64,000 nucleotides of DNA from the NCBI RefSeq assembly GCF_964355755.1, contig NC_092680.1, positions 16,253,045-16,317,044 on the forward strand. Direction: 5' to 3'. The DNA comes from Antedon mediterranea (lineage: Eukaryota; Animalia; Echinodermata). Made by a program: the position numbers and the translations under genes. Of the stretch, positions 23,039 to 36,324 are shown piece after piece. A model generated the notes under the pieces. The model saw only the letters and a list, made by a program, of their open reading frames with translations. It did not search any database and was not told where the DNA came from. Numbering within the stretch: the first letter of the stretch is position 1; each line of letters begins with the position of its first letter.

Positions 23039-26000
23039 TTACCATGATCCAAAAAACTTGCTGAAAATGGATGAGCTTTGTTTGTCTTTCAATGGTGGTA
23101 TTTCTTGAAAATTATCTTGAATTAAAGGTTGTCCCTTATCATCAATGATGATATCAGTTGGTCGTCCATTATCATCAGTTGATGAGATGGTTTTCTTTAC
23201 GTTACCCTCGGAATCTTTCTCTGTACGATGTGTTTCAGTGGTCTAAAAAAAGAAAAATGATCATTTTTATTGTGAAAAGTGTTATACTGTATACAGTAGA
23301 ACCGATCCTTTACTTTAGGAAACCCATATTCAAGCTATGCCCACACACATTCTTGTGAAACGAACAAGGTGAATCACAACACTGTGGTCAATCTCTCGGG
23401 GGACACCCCCTATTAAAGGGACACCCCTATTAAAGGGACATATTGTTGGGTCCCAAACATTTTGATTTCAAAAACAGTTTAAGGAGGTGCAGTGCATTAC
23501 ATTATTTGTATTCAAATTAAGTATAAAAGATTTCTAAAATTATTTTAAATATGTTTATTGTATGACTCGTGAATATTCCATACAATGTAAAATGGACTTT
23601 TTTAATTGTGAAACAAAACAAGACAAAAATGGGTCGGCAGACGCTTAAATCATCAATCCATTTTTAAACTATGTTGTAATATTGCCACAGTAGCCCTTGG
23701 ATTGCATCATTAAATAATAGTATGTGCCAAATGAAATAGATGTTTTTATTATGAATTGATAAATGAAAGTAAATGTTAACAAACTCACCCCATCAGCACG
23801 TCTGATTGTTCTGACAGAAATACTACGGAAGAATGATTTCTGACCAGGCATACTTGGCATTGTCTCATCTCGTTCTTTTGGGAGAATGAGATCCAAATTT
23901 GATTGGTCAATATGCTTATCTAGATCTGAAATATTCAAAGGAAAGATATGGAATATGTATACTATTTTACTTTCAATGCCTTAATGTGTGTACCACTCTA
24001 CACAGTACCACATTATAACCCTTTTTTAAAACCAGTCTTGTTATTTTAACAGATCAGATAAGAATAACGCTCTAGTAAGGGTGTGTGTTGGATGTGGATT
24101 ACTGATCATGTCTGAAGTAAGACATGTATGCATCTATCCACCCAGGTGTATAAATGGGCACCTGGTAAGGTAAAGACACAACTTTGCGCTTATTACTAGT
24201 TGCATTATGGGAGTATGTTTCCATACATGTTTGATAAAAAATGTTTAAAAATGTGCTGGGTAATAATGTTAAGAGCTTACTAAGTACAATATAAAACATA
24301 CATGGTCTTACTTCTTTGATCAACAAATTTATCTAGGGGTCTATGTCCCTCTGAAAACATACAGGGGGTTAAGCCACGTCCTCTCCGAAATTATTATTTT
24401 CAGATTTCACTGAGCATTTAATATTGTTTCAGTTGCTTGTAATCATGTCTTTGGCATAGATACTAGAAGGCCAAAAAGCTCTTTCTATTCATTGGTAGTA
24501 AATTAAAAACGAAAAATAAATAAAATATAATTATTACAATACCTCTGTCTTCTTTTTTTCCATTATTTGAGTGTGGACCGATATCTAACGATGGAATCTT
24601 AAATATATCGCCAAACTAACACACAAAAATAGGACAATTAATATCAAGTATAAAAAAATACATTTAACATAACAAATAATAACTAATATACATAAATTTT
24701 TCCATCAGAAGTGTTGAATATTATTAGTTACACCCTGCTTGTTCACGGAATACGGGAAATATCTACGTTCTGGTTCCATATTCTGTGAGGTCGAAGGCCG
24801 AATGGAATATGGAACCAGAACGTAGAAATTTCTCGTATTTCGTAAGAACAAGCAGGGTGCAACGATTTTATCTCTTAGTGTACACATATAAGCAATTGGA
24901 CAAGAGACAAAGAAAAAAAAACAATTTTGCACGAATTGCAATGCAATTTTGACCTGTCTAAATTGCCCTTTACAATTACAGTAATGTAAAAATTATTCTA
25001 TATTGCAATTGCTGTTATGAATAAGTTTGACATTATTAAACAACATTAGACATATGGGCACATCACATTAGTGTCCTATAAAGTTTGAGAGTGTAGACAG
25101 AGCTTTGGATTGCCTTGTTATTTATTGCCAGTTATCACAATACTGTACTACAAAAACAATCATAGTTCACTTACTGATGGTCTTTTGTAGGAAGGCGAGA
25201 ACCAGTTTGATCCTCCCTGTCTGGAATCTTCATTCTGTCTGCTTCCTTTGTATGTATCACTGGAGTGTTCATCTGACTTTAACATCTCATTTCTTGGTGA
25301 TTTGGATCTTGGCATTGACCCATCGTGTTCCATTTCTGGAAGACCTGTAAAAATGTATCAATATTAGGGACATTTACTATAGTAATTATAAGTAAATCCT
25401 TTCAACCTCAAATCTCAACTAAAATGAGAATTCTGTAAATGTAGGCCTACAGTATATAATTACACTATACAGTACATTACAGGAAAAATAAAATAACAAA
25501 TCTAATGCAGTACTAAAATACACCGATGGTTATGATACCTATTTGGGGGAACTCAGCAAAACCGAAACTGCTAAACATCTCCTGGAAGTGGCTAAACATT
25601 TCTTGTGTTTCCTTGAAAAATTGGTCATGCATATCTCCAAAGACACCATCGTCCTCACCCCAGTCTCTTGAACCAAAGTCATTGTCTTCATCATCATCTA
25701 TAAAATCCCTACATTTATGAAAAAAAAATCAATGTTAAAGCATTGAACTATTAACTTTAGAAATGTGAGGCTTATAAAGATTCACTCATCTGTCTCATAA
25801 CCATAATATTATGTTTTACAGTGACCTAAACTATGGATAGCCATTACTATTGTTTAACCAACTCAAACAGTAGCCTATAGCCAATGTTCTGATTGGTTAA
25901 TAGTTCTATTGTAATTAGTTATGCATAAATAAATCAGACATGTGCTAGCTAGGCCTACTCTTTTTTTCTTACTTCGTATACAGTGATAAGAATTTCGTCT

Positions 26001-26368
26001 GACCCTGCCTGGTCCATACATAGTTCTGAATGTCTGGACAGTGGGTAGGGCCTACGTCTATCTAGCCTACTGTTAACCTAGTCCTAGTCTACTACTAGCT
26101 AGTAGTAGTACTACTAGCCTAGGCCTCTACGCTCTAGAGGCTCTCTAGTAGTAGGGCCTATCTAGAACTAGGGCCTAGCCTAGCTAGGCCTAGGCCTATC
26201 TTTCTAGCTAGTAGGCCCTAACTAGCATCATGATCCTCTGGCTACTTTTTTTGCTTATTTATGAGTAATAATTTGTTTGTAAATAAACTTAGCGATATAC
26301 CCTAAACCATGGTTATTTGGTTTACTTGAAAACCCAAATATTGAACGAAATAAGTCGTTGAAATTCAT
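23039..26368 (-). CDS. HAX1: HCLS1-associated protein X-1-like
   Basis: Exons 26368-26301, 25708-25539, 25344-25175, 24615-24543, 23925-23789, 23242-23039. N-terminus MNFNDLFRSIFGF, acidic box DDDED, PRNEMLK, KEDRDLD, SFFRSISVRTIRRADG-TTETHRTEKDSEG and C-terminus SIFSKFFGSW all parallel HAX1 motifs. Confidence 0.85.
24728..24864. mobile_element. Palindromic hairpin element (Crypton-like non-autonomous repeat)
   Basis: Near-perfect ~55 bp arms (CACCCTGCTTGTTC...TCTACGTTCTGGTTCCATATTC / GAATATGGAACCAGAACGTAGA...GAACAAGCAGGGTG) around a central GAGGTCGAAGGCCGA. Confidence 0.6.
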
Positions 26369-26605
26369 ATTCATTTTCTCTACATTTGGGCCGAAGCCTC
26401 TCTTGAGTCTCTTTAATTATGAAAAAAATAAACAAGAATGATAAATGATGATGAAATCATAAAATATACTTGCGCCCTCTATCGGTGTATATTTGAGGTG
26501 GCCACCAAAACTTTAACTTGGTCGAAAAGTGTATGCGTAAATTTCAACCTTTTTTATGTGTTTGATTTTTATTAGATTCCAATTAATGCTACAAACGGAT
26601 TCATA
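26369..26605. promoter_or_regulatory. Compact bidirectional promoter of HAX1 and PRCC
   Basis: Only 237 bp separate the divergent ATGs. Contains a CTCF-like GCGCCCTCTATCGG at 26472-26485. Confidence 0.7.
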
Positions 26606-29600
26606 ATGTCATTAGTAAATTATGGGAGTAGTGACGAATCAAGCGGTGAAGAAGACAGTCGAAAATCACACAATATGTCTAGGCCTAAACCTGACCCCAA
26701 ACAACGCAAGGTTACCCAGGGAAATGATGGTTTACAACCGCCAAGTAACCGTGCTGAATGTGTCAGTTACACATCAGATGATAGGCCTGGGACAGTTGAT
26801 ATGAAGAAAAGTCATGCTGTTAAGAATGAACCGATACAAAAACGGTCATTGTTATCTAATTTGCCTCCACCTAAATCCACAAAAGTAACAGGTAATGTAA
26901 CAGTACTTGGCTAGAGGCATACAGTAGAAGGCCGGCATTATTAAGTCTATTTATAATAATAATTATAATTAAAGAAAAAAGAAAAAGGGGTAGACCTCAT
27001 TCGAAAAGGATGACCTCGTTAGACAGACCGTTACCACAGCATGGCCAAGATTTGCAAAAAATAGGAACAACTAACTAGGGTTTACAGCCGAAACGGCCGC
27101 CGACTGAAACGGCCGCCAATTAAAACACAATTGAATGTATGAAACGCCACGTGTGCCGTTTGTCATGCAATTGTTTTACTTTTTTTCAGATTGTAATGAC
27201 TTTAGACGTATATGACTTAATAAATATTAACAGATAGATTTTTTTAATTATTTATGTATTATTATGTTTGTCGTATAATAATGAATGTTGTGTAAACATA
27301 GTTGGGTTTTTTATATATTTTTTAAATGTAGGCCTACAGTATACAGTAAAAGTGTAAGGAAAAGAATTAAAATTGGACAAAATACAGTATTTGTTTGAAT
27401 ACGTTAAATAAATTTAGAATGGTGAATTATTATAATAAAAATTATTTTAATAAAAACTTAACTAAAAAATATGTTTATTCTTTGATTTTAATCTTAAACA
27501 TATATTGCTTGGTTTCATTTATTTGTTCCTCCATCGTGGTTTCATAGGCTTTACTACTGTACGTTTATAATACTGCATTGGCTTGTTGTAGCTGCGGCGG
27601 TATTGGCGTCCCATAGAAAATGTTGGCGGCCGTTTCAGTCGGCGGCCGTTTCGGTCACACACCCTAACTAGCAGTGAGACGATACTGTAGGTTAAAGAAA
27701 GAAAAGATTGATAATAAAACATAGCCTACAGTAGTATACGTCGTATGATAATATTAATAATGATATTATTGTATTGAGTCAATTTCAATGTTTGGCATCC
27801 AATACTATTTAGCCTATATTTATAAGCCATAATTATGACTAGACCTTAATATAATTTGTTAAGAATTAAATAGGAATTATAATAATATACGCCTACTGTA
27901 TGTAGGCCTGCAGTCGTGAGTAGGTATAGCCCAGCCTAGTAAATGATAGTTTGCTTTAACTTTATTTAGTGCATTATGTAATTTGTGTATTGCACGTGAC
28001 CCACTATACAACCCCTGGGAGAGGTGCGTCATTTGTCCGATGTGCGTCATACCTTATACAGTATTAAATGAATATGCGTCCAAAATATGACTTACCTTTA
28101 GTGACCATGACGCACCCATTTTGACGCACTTTGACCATGTTGTTTATGATATGGTGGATGATAAAGTGACGGACATTGACACACCATAGTTCATTGGTGT
28201 GACATACCATCGTTCATCGTTCTAGGTTTTTTGACACCCCTGCGTCGATAATTATTTGTAAATGACGCACTCATGACGCATCTCTCCCGGGGTCGTATAG
28301 TGGGTCCTACAATTGACAAGTGCATAAAGGTATTGGTACAACATAATAGTTATGTTTTTATTCAGAAAACAACAAACAAAAATCCAGTGAGTTAAGGTAA
28401 ATCCAGTATGAAATCATCTGTTATTATTTTTACAATGTTTGCAATTCTTTTCAGGATTTCCCGTAGAACATAAAACAAGTAAAGAGCTCCCTGAAGTTGT
28501 TTCATCAACAACAATAAAAAAATCGTTCCTAAGTTTACCACCACCAAAAAAGAAAAGTCAAACAGTGAAAATAACTCTACCATCACTCCCTGATGTGAGT
28601 ACTGTGCATTTACCTCACTTGTAAAATGAAGAATGCCAATTATTTTTAGGAGTGTATTTCTCTAATCAGAACAAAATATGAAAGACTAAAACTATATCTA
28701 CACTACAAACAAAAAAATGATGATGTGCCCATATATCGATTAGCATTTTTTTATTTATTTTTATTTATTCGACTTCTCACTAACTCAGTTAGTGAAGGAT
28801 CTGGACCAACAGGTGGTAAACACCTCTAAAATGGTCCAGTCCCAATTTGCACAGTGGTTGTGTGTGACAGTGGCTGTGTTTGTGTGGACTAGTACACCGG
28901 GGTAACCCCCTACACGTCTCGAAAGATGTACTAGGTTCTTTAAAGTGCGCATGAGCTATGTGTACACTGGACCTACGGTTTATAGTCCTTATCCGAGAAG
29001 ACTCGTTCTACCACCAGAACCATGGAGCGAGTGAGCCTCGAACCCTTGCCGATGTTATGGCTACGTACAGTTCCACTGTCTTAACCGCTCGGCCACTCAC
29101 TCGCTAGTGACATTAACTACAACATTAATGTGGTAGTAAAGAAACAGGTTTACCAATATTCTGCACAGAACTACTGTAACTGAACTGAAAAAAAAAACCA
29201 AATTTGAATATTTTACCATTGAAAACATGATTTTGCTTTTAGTACAGTGGTACTGAGGCTTTAGCTATTGGGTAAAGTTTCCAAACTGGCCATCCTCAAA
29301 TCCCCAAATAATGTTTACAATAATTTACAAACTGTAAAGTCATTGTCAAACATAAAACAGCTCTTTGCATGTCACCGGTTATAGAATTTGAAAATTTTTA
29401 AATTATATTGAAGATAAGTGTAATTTATTATTTATTTTTTAGCCTGGATCTGATGAGGATGATGATGAACCAGTTGCTAAGAAACCAGCGACAAGTAAGG
29501 TAGAGTTCTTTAAAAATATTGGATATATATGACAATACATTAAGCTGTGACCAAGTTTTGAAATCTGTTTAATAGTAAATACACTATTCAGATCACATTA

Positions 29601-32528
29601 CCTGTATGTATGTTGAAGATATTATATGCAGTCAGTATTATTTTATATTTCTTTTTTTGTGGAGATGTATTTTAAATATACAAATTACAATTGAATGTGT
29701 TTTGGTTTATCTAACTTTAGCTTTTCAGTCTGGGAAAAAATGGCAAAAGGCTTCCTACTTTCTATGAGTTTTATGTGGTTAAGTTATCAAATACTGTAGT
29801 CTATATTGTTTTGACAACTCTTAACTCTCTTTGTATCATGACCACATCCATTATTCCCATAACAATTTTCTACTTCACAATCTAATTTTGTAAGTAGTTA
29901 ATTTTTGTTAATTGAACTGCCTATTGAATTTTTGTCTGTTAATATTTTTTTACTACTTTAGGGAGTTTCAGGACTGTTGTCTATGCTGCCTAAACCCAAG
30001 AGTGCAATGAGTAGTAGAATTCTTGTACCACATACCGTGTCACGAAAAAAACCACAACCATCAATACCAAGACCTAAACCTCAAACAAAACTCGCACCTC
30101 AAAGTACCAACACCACAGTAACTAGTGTTTTTGGTACTGATTATGGTAGTGATGATGATATAGGTGAAGAAGGTAGTAGTTTCTTTGCATTAGATGATAA
30201 AATGGTTACGATATTACCAGAGGTATCATCTTCAAGTATCAAACAATCAAGTTGTCCTAAGAGTAAAACATTACCATCTAGTACTGTAAATACAGATCTA
30301 CTTAAAGTAGATAGTGTTAAACCTTGTGCTGTAATAAAAACAGATGTTGTGCTGCAGGAAGCATCAAGTAACGTTAAAGCAATCTCCACTAGCTCTGTGT
30401 CGTCAACGTCATCCGCACTATCCAGCCAATTACCAAGCACTTCACAAATAAACACTAATGAACCCTTGACCCCAAATTCTACAACAGACTTTAAATCATC
30501 AAATGACATGGCTGATGCGCCACTCAGTTTCAGCAAAGCATATACTAGTACTGCCACTGGATATGGCCAGGTTACTTCAAGTTACTATGGTAGCTATGAT
30601 TATAGTAGCAATTACTATGAGGAAGGTCAAAGTTCATATGAATATAATGAACCATACCAGGTAAATCGGTCTGTAAAAGTATTTTTACAACTTTATCCAC
30701 TGTTTATTCTGTACCATTAGGGAGGTTTCGCAACCTTACAAATACGATAACGACAACGGATACATCACGCACACGTATACGTTTTTGTAAGCCAAATTAT
30801 GACTGCGGTAAATTTGAGCGAAGCGCAGGTACGTGTTGCTTGGTGCTTGGCTGCCTAGGCCTAGCGTAACATCAAAGCGAGTGAGGACTTTAAAAACTGC
30901 TATTTATCAAAATTGACCAGGCATTTTAGTAAATTACTTTCAATAAATCTATAATTATATTATAATCATGAATAATTCCTGATTCAAATGCAAAATGTGT
31001 AAAATAGATTAAAACTATACTCGTTTTGTAGTTACGAATATGATTGATGATATTCGTCAACACGATTACGCTTTACGAATATGAAATGGGGATCAGCTCA
31101 AAAGTTTCACAAATGTGTGACCTATCCGTTTTCGTTATCGTATTCGTAAGGTTGCGAAACCTCCCTATTATTTTCAAATTGTGAAATTCTTTTTTATTAA
31201 TTATTGTAGGATGTCGACGAATATAAATCATTTCCTGATAGTACCGAAGGTCAAAGTTCACAGTTTGGTAATATTCACGAGGATGCTGATGAGGTAACTC
31301 CATTTTTATTTTTATTCTAAGCTCCTTACCAATAGTAGAATAGTATATTCCCACCTTTTGAAGGCAAACTAGTCAAACTAGTTTGACAAAAAAAGTGTGA
31401 TGTGTCCAAATATGGTAGGGATATGACCAAATATAGTAGTGATATGATATCATCATGTCCATATATTATAGGCACATCACATTTTTGTTGCCATACTGTA
31501 TAAAGTTTGATAGTGTAGACATAGCTTTAGTCTTCATCAGTGTATCTATGAATAGATGGCTGTTGTGAACAGCACTGGTAGACCAAACTCAGTACCATTT
31601 TCATTTCAGTTGACCAAAAGAAAATGGATTACAGTAAAAATGTTAAGAGGCATTTTATCTATTCCAGTATTAATTAGTTTAGTAAAATAAAGATTGGATT
31701 TGTGAAATCAGTTTTTGTTGTAACAGTTTAGAAAATTCTTTGGCAAGAAACAAAGTAAAGAAGATATAAATATGATTAGTATAAATGCTGATGATCAGAC
31801 TGCTGGAAGCAATACAAGGGAAGCTCTACTAAAGACCATCTCAGAAGAAAAACAACCAATGTCCTATTCTGTAAGTTACTAAGAATATTTAAATCTTGAT
31901 CCTACTGGATTTATTTCCGAGAAGGCAATGTAATGATATGGTTAAGTCTTATATAATTGTTCTGACATTACTTTTTCTTTGTTTTAGAAAAAGAAGAATT
32001 CTGATTTGCCATCGTCACAACAACGGCGGAAACATCAGATAACTTACCTAGCCTTTCAGGTAATCTATGTACAGTACATGAAACGATGATGATAAACGAA
32101 AAACATCATATGTGTTTGATGATAGCTCTAAAGCTATTTAAAACAAAATGTTCTTCATTAATTATTCCACTGGTTAATCAATTCAATTTCTTTTATTTCG
32201 GAAATATTTCATCCATATAAAAAAGAAAAAGAAAAACAAATTTGTGTCATGTAAAAATTCTTACTCTAACTACACAATACATTGTTGCCAAGGAGCAAAT
32301 ATTTTCCAACACATGCAACAAGAATATTACAACTATTTAACATACATTTCATACAGTAAAACTATATTTTTGCATATACTCATTTAAAAGAAGGGACGCC
32401 ATGTTCAATAAACATGTTATGTTTTAATTACTTTTTCATAGGCAAAAGAAAGAGAATTGGCTCTAAAAAATCAGTGGTCGCAAAATAGGATGACGCGGAA
32501 GCAAACTCAAGCTAAGTATGGTTTCTGA
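26606..32528 (+). CDS. PRCC: Proline-rich protein PRCC
   Basis: Exons 26606-26891, 28455-28594, 29443-29499, 29962-30660, 31210-31293, 31727-31870, 31988-32059, 32442-32528. N-terminus MSLVNYGSSDES, internal SGLLSMLPKPK and C-terminus QRRKHQITYLAFQAKERELALKNQWSQNRMTRKQTQAKYGF. Confidence 0.96.
27078..27664. mobile_element. TIR element with 6 bp target-site duplication
   Basis: GGGT..CCGAAACGGCCGCCGACTGAAACGGCCGCC ... GGCGGCCGTTTCAGTCGGCGGCCGTTTCGG..ACCC, flanked by TAACTA on both sides. Confidence 0.75.
27998..28306. mobile_element. MITE with ~35 bp TIRs
   Basis: GACCCACTATACAACCCCTGGGAGAGGTGCGTCAT ... ATGACGCATCTCTCCCGGGGTCGTATAGTGGGTC, with internal TGACGCAC repeats. Confidence 0.7.
28745..29104 (-). 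mobile_element. tRNA-derived SINE, near full length
   Basis: Minus strand has box A TGGCCGAGCGG, box B GGTTCGAGGC, a body containing TCTCGGATAAGGACTATAAACCG, and an (AATAA)n-type tail. Confidence 0.8.
30719..31166. mobile_element. MITE with ~42 bp TIRs and 3 bp ATT duplication
   Basis: AGGGAGGTTTCGCAACCTTAC.AATACGATAACGA ... TCGTTATCGTATTCGTAAGGTTGCGAAACCTCCCT. Confidence 0.8.
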
Positions 32529-33179
32529 ACTGGATGTGGCACAGAAGACACAGACTATATTCTGCCCAGTTGTCTAGGTTCTCTACGGAGTTTAAATATA
32601 CAGTTATACTGTACTTCAGATTTTTTTTATTTCATACGCATCCAACAGCAAGTAACTCGTCAATTACAGGATGGAGAAACTATTTTATAATTTATCGTGT
32701 TTATAAACTAAGTTAGGGAGTGGAGTCGAGCACATCACACTTTTTTTGTCAAACTAGTTTGATAGTGTAGATATAAATAGTATGTAACTCTTAAATTAAT
32801 GGTAGGCTTTATTATTAATGGTATAGAATACATATGTGCTTGTAGGCTGATAATCTGTGCTATTTTGAGCAGATAATCAGCAGTTTTATCTCCTCAAACT
32901 GTTTATATAGGAGTAAATCACTGGAGTTTTTGAATGACCAGTCGAATACGCCTATTGATTATCACGGTAGTAGACACACCAATATTTAGGGAGTTATTAA
33001 AACTGGCCCACAAATTTTAGATTTTGAAGATTTATACCCTATTAAAATTATTTATAAAAGTATTTTCCTTTTGTTTTTTGATTCATGCGTTACATATAAA
33101 ACTAACATTTAATGTTTATCCTAAAATGTATGCAATCAAATCAATATTGGGACTCTGGATTCGGACAACCCATTCTGGT

Positions 33180-33640
33180 TGTAGTTGAGCACAGTGATAA
33201 TAAATAGGATTTAGTTTAGCACTGTGCGCTACTATCCCATTTTGGTGGTACAGTACTTGAGCACAGTGATAATAATAGGATTTAGTTTAGCACTGTGCGC
33301 ACAGTGCTAAACTAGATCCTATTTATTATCACTGTGCGTAAGTACAATCAAAATGGGTATGGTAGCGCACAGTGTTAAACTAGATCCTATTCATTATCAC
33401 TGTGCGCAAGTACAACCCAATTGATTATAGTGGCGCACAGTGCTAAACGAAATCCAATTTATTATCACTGTGCTCAAGTACAAAAAAAATAGGTATAGTA
33501 GCGCACAGTGCTAAAACTAGATCCTTTTTTATTATCACTGCTCAAGTACCACCAAAATGGGTATAGTATCGTAAAGTGCTAAACTAAATCCTATTTATTA
33601 TCACTGTGCTCAATGATTAAGTTTACCACTGTGCGCTACA
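33180..33640. repeat. ~72 bp tandem repeat array with an internal orientation switch
   Basis: Units GCACAGTGCTAAACTAGATCCTATTTATTATCACTGTGC...; the first two units are inverted relative to the rest, switching at ~33295 (CACTGTGCGCACAGTG). Confidence 0.85.
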
Positions 33641-33944
33641 ATACAAAATCTACAAATAATTAGCCCTATTAACATGCTTATGATTGATTAATGATCATAT
33701 TAATTTAATTTTTTTTTTACATGTTCCAAATTATTTGCAATTTGTTAGCTACCTAAAATAGTGGATTTAAATTAGTTGATATTGTATTTTCAAATATCGT
33801 TATAAGTTTATGTTTTTATTTAAAGCATAACGTTTATGACTTGATCTTGCATGAAGTTGATGATTGGATTTTAAAGCATAAAGTTGATAACTGAACTTCA
33901 GAGCTTCCATATGCCTGGTTCCAACTCCAGACGAAACACAAGGA

Positions 33945-35015
33945 CCGTTGGGTCCACTTGAGCACAGTGTATTAACATACGAAAAGATATTAAAATTCAG
34001 TGAGAATTGTTTCTATTTTATATCACTGTGCTCCACACTGGCGCCAAATTGTGTCCACTTGAGCACAGTGTATTAACATACGAAAAGATATTAAAATTAG
34101 TGACTTATTTCTATTTTATATCACTGTGCTCGTATTAACATACGAAAAGATATTAAAATTCAGTAACTTATTTCTATTCACTGTGCTCCCCTGGCTCCAA
34201 ATTGGGTCCACTTGAACACAGTGTATTAATACACGAAAATATATTAACATTCAGTGACTTATTTCTATTTTATATCACTGCTCCCCTGGCGCTAAATTGG
34301 GTCCACTTGAGCACAGTGTATTAACATACGAAAATATATTAACATTCAGTGACTTATTTCAATTTTAATTCACTGTGCTCCCCTGGCTCCAAATTGGGTC
34401 CACTTGAGCACAGTGTTTTAAATACAAAAATATATTAACATTCAGTGACTTATTTCTATTTTATATCACTGTGCTCCCTCCCCTGGCTCCAAATTGGGTC
34501 CACTTGAGCACAGTGTTTTAAATATGAAAAGATATTAAAATTCAGTAACTTATTTCTATTTTATATCACTGTGCTCCCCTGGCTCCAAATTGGGTCCACT
34601 TGAGCACAGTGTTTTAAATATGAAAAGATATTAAAATTCAGTAACTTATTTCTATTTTATATCACTGTGCTCCCCTGGCTCCAAATTGGGTCCACTTGAG
34701 CACAGTGTACCTGCAGTGTATTAACACACGAAAATATATTAACATTCAGTGACTTATTTCTATTTTATATCACTGTGCTCCCCTGGTGCAAAATTGGGTC
34801 CACTTGAGCACAGTGTAGGCCTATTTATTAACATACGAAAAAAGATATTAAAATTCAGTGACAGTTGTTTCTATTTTATATCACTGTGCTCCACACTGGC
34901 GCCAAATTGGGTCCACTTGAACACAGTGTATTAACATACGAAAAGATATTAAAATTAGTGACTTATTTCTATTTTATATCACTGTGCACCATCAGTGCTA
35001 AATTTGGTCCACTGA
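33945..35015. repeat. ~90 bp tandem repeat array (about 11 units)
   Basis: Unit CCAAATTGGGTCCACTTGAGCACAGTGTATTAACATACGAAAAGATATTAAAATTCAGTGACTTATTTCTATTTTATATCACTGTGCTCCCCTGGC. Confidence 0.9.
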
Positions 35016-35039
35016 ACCAGTTACCGTAGTACTATTTCT

Positions 35040-35180
35040 ATTTCGGAAGTAAATAAAGGCATAAATGGCGCTCCGTAGAAGTAGAGAATGCTCCAGCAGT
35101 CAGAATGACGCTCTCTGAAATATCCTCTAAACATCTGATTTTTTCTATGTTATACTGTATTTAATTTGATTGTTTTCGGT
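35040..35180 (+). promoter_or_regulatory. Probable promoter and first non-coding exon of the orphan repeat-protein gene
   Basis: ETS-like CGGAAGT (~35044), YY1-like AAATGGCG (~35063) and a donor GTATGT at 35179 followed by a CTAG tract. A second candidate UTR exon lies at ~36086-36156. Confidence 0.45.
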
Positions 35181-36324
35181 ATGTATAATGCATAGGTGTA
35201 AATAATTCGACCACAGCTAGTCTAGCTATATCTAGACTACTAGGCCTAGGCTAGTAGTAGTAGGACGTAGGCCTAGACTCAGCTAGAAAAGGCCTAGGCC
35301 TAGGCTAGGCTAGATAGGCCGGTGAACAGACGGGGATCCGAACAGACGATCGGGGCCACGGACGACCGGGATCATTATTGAGCCGATCGGTCCCATTTTT
35401 GTATGTGCCCGATCGTCTTATACTTTTGGCCCGATCGTCCCGGGCGTTGAACCCGAACGTCCACAAAGTTGGGCCTGAACGTCCGCACGCGTTTGTACCC
35501 GATCGTCTTAAAATACTAATCGGTCAACTCGGCCCCATCCATTAATTAAAGTATGTTACATGTAATGCAAAAAGTGCTATAGTATTAGCATAGAGATATT
35601 ATAGTGAATCTCTATGGTATTAGTAATACTAGTTAATATTATAATAGCAGGATTAGTAAGGTTAGGCCTAGCGCCATTTTTTATTAAAAGTGTTCATATC
35701 TCCGTGAAGTTGATTAGTGTTTATTGCCGTAGGTCTACACATAGGCTTAGACAATAAAACGGATAATTCAATAGACAATACAATTTTTTTTGTTTAGTTG
35801 ATGTAGGCCTATAATTATTAGTTAGTTGTGATGTTAGTCTCAGTATGTGTTTGTTAAATTAGGCCTATATTTTGACGCAAACAAGGATGTTTCCAGAATG
35901 AATCAAATATTCTTAGATATACCTATATTCGATAGATATTATTAGATTACAGTTAAAAAAAAATGTATTTATAAAAAATAATATATTTATAACAATATCA
36001 ATTCGCTTCGCTTTTTGCATTCCAGAGCCGAGTTGGATCGAATGCACTTATAATATTATAACCTAGAGTGTATATGTTTTTTTAGTGCACTACCTGACTG
36101 ACGGACAATCGCTCATCATTAGAGACGACCAGAAGACATTTTTGTTAATAATTACGGTAATTAAATTTCTTTTTATTTTTTCAAATCTTCTACATCACAG
36201 ACTAACACAAACTTTAAAACTAACTTAACAAAGAACTCTACTTGTTCTTCTATTCATTCATTTTATTTAACCAATAAAAAACATTCTAATGGTGTTTCTT
36301 ATAAATACAGGTTAATTAAAGAAA

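Noticed and set aside
28990-29104. Possible tRNA gene (also ~9970-10050 and ~63746-63815)
   Set aside because: Has A/B boxes but no proper cloverleaf, and is attached to a SINE body and tail or is degenerate.
33945-35015. Repeat-spacer appearance resembling a CRISPR array or RAG signal array
   Set aside because: Whole units are repeated with no unique spacers, the context is eukaryotic with no cas genes, and there is no nonamer at 12/23 spacing.
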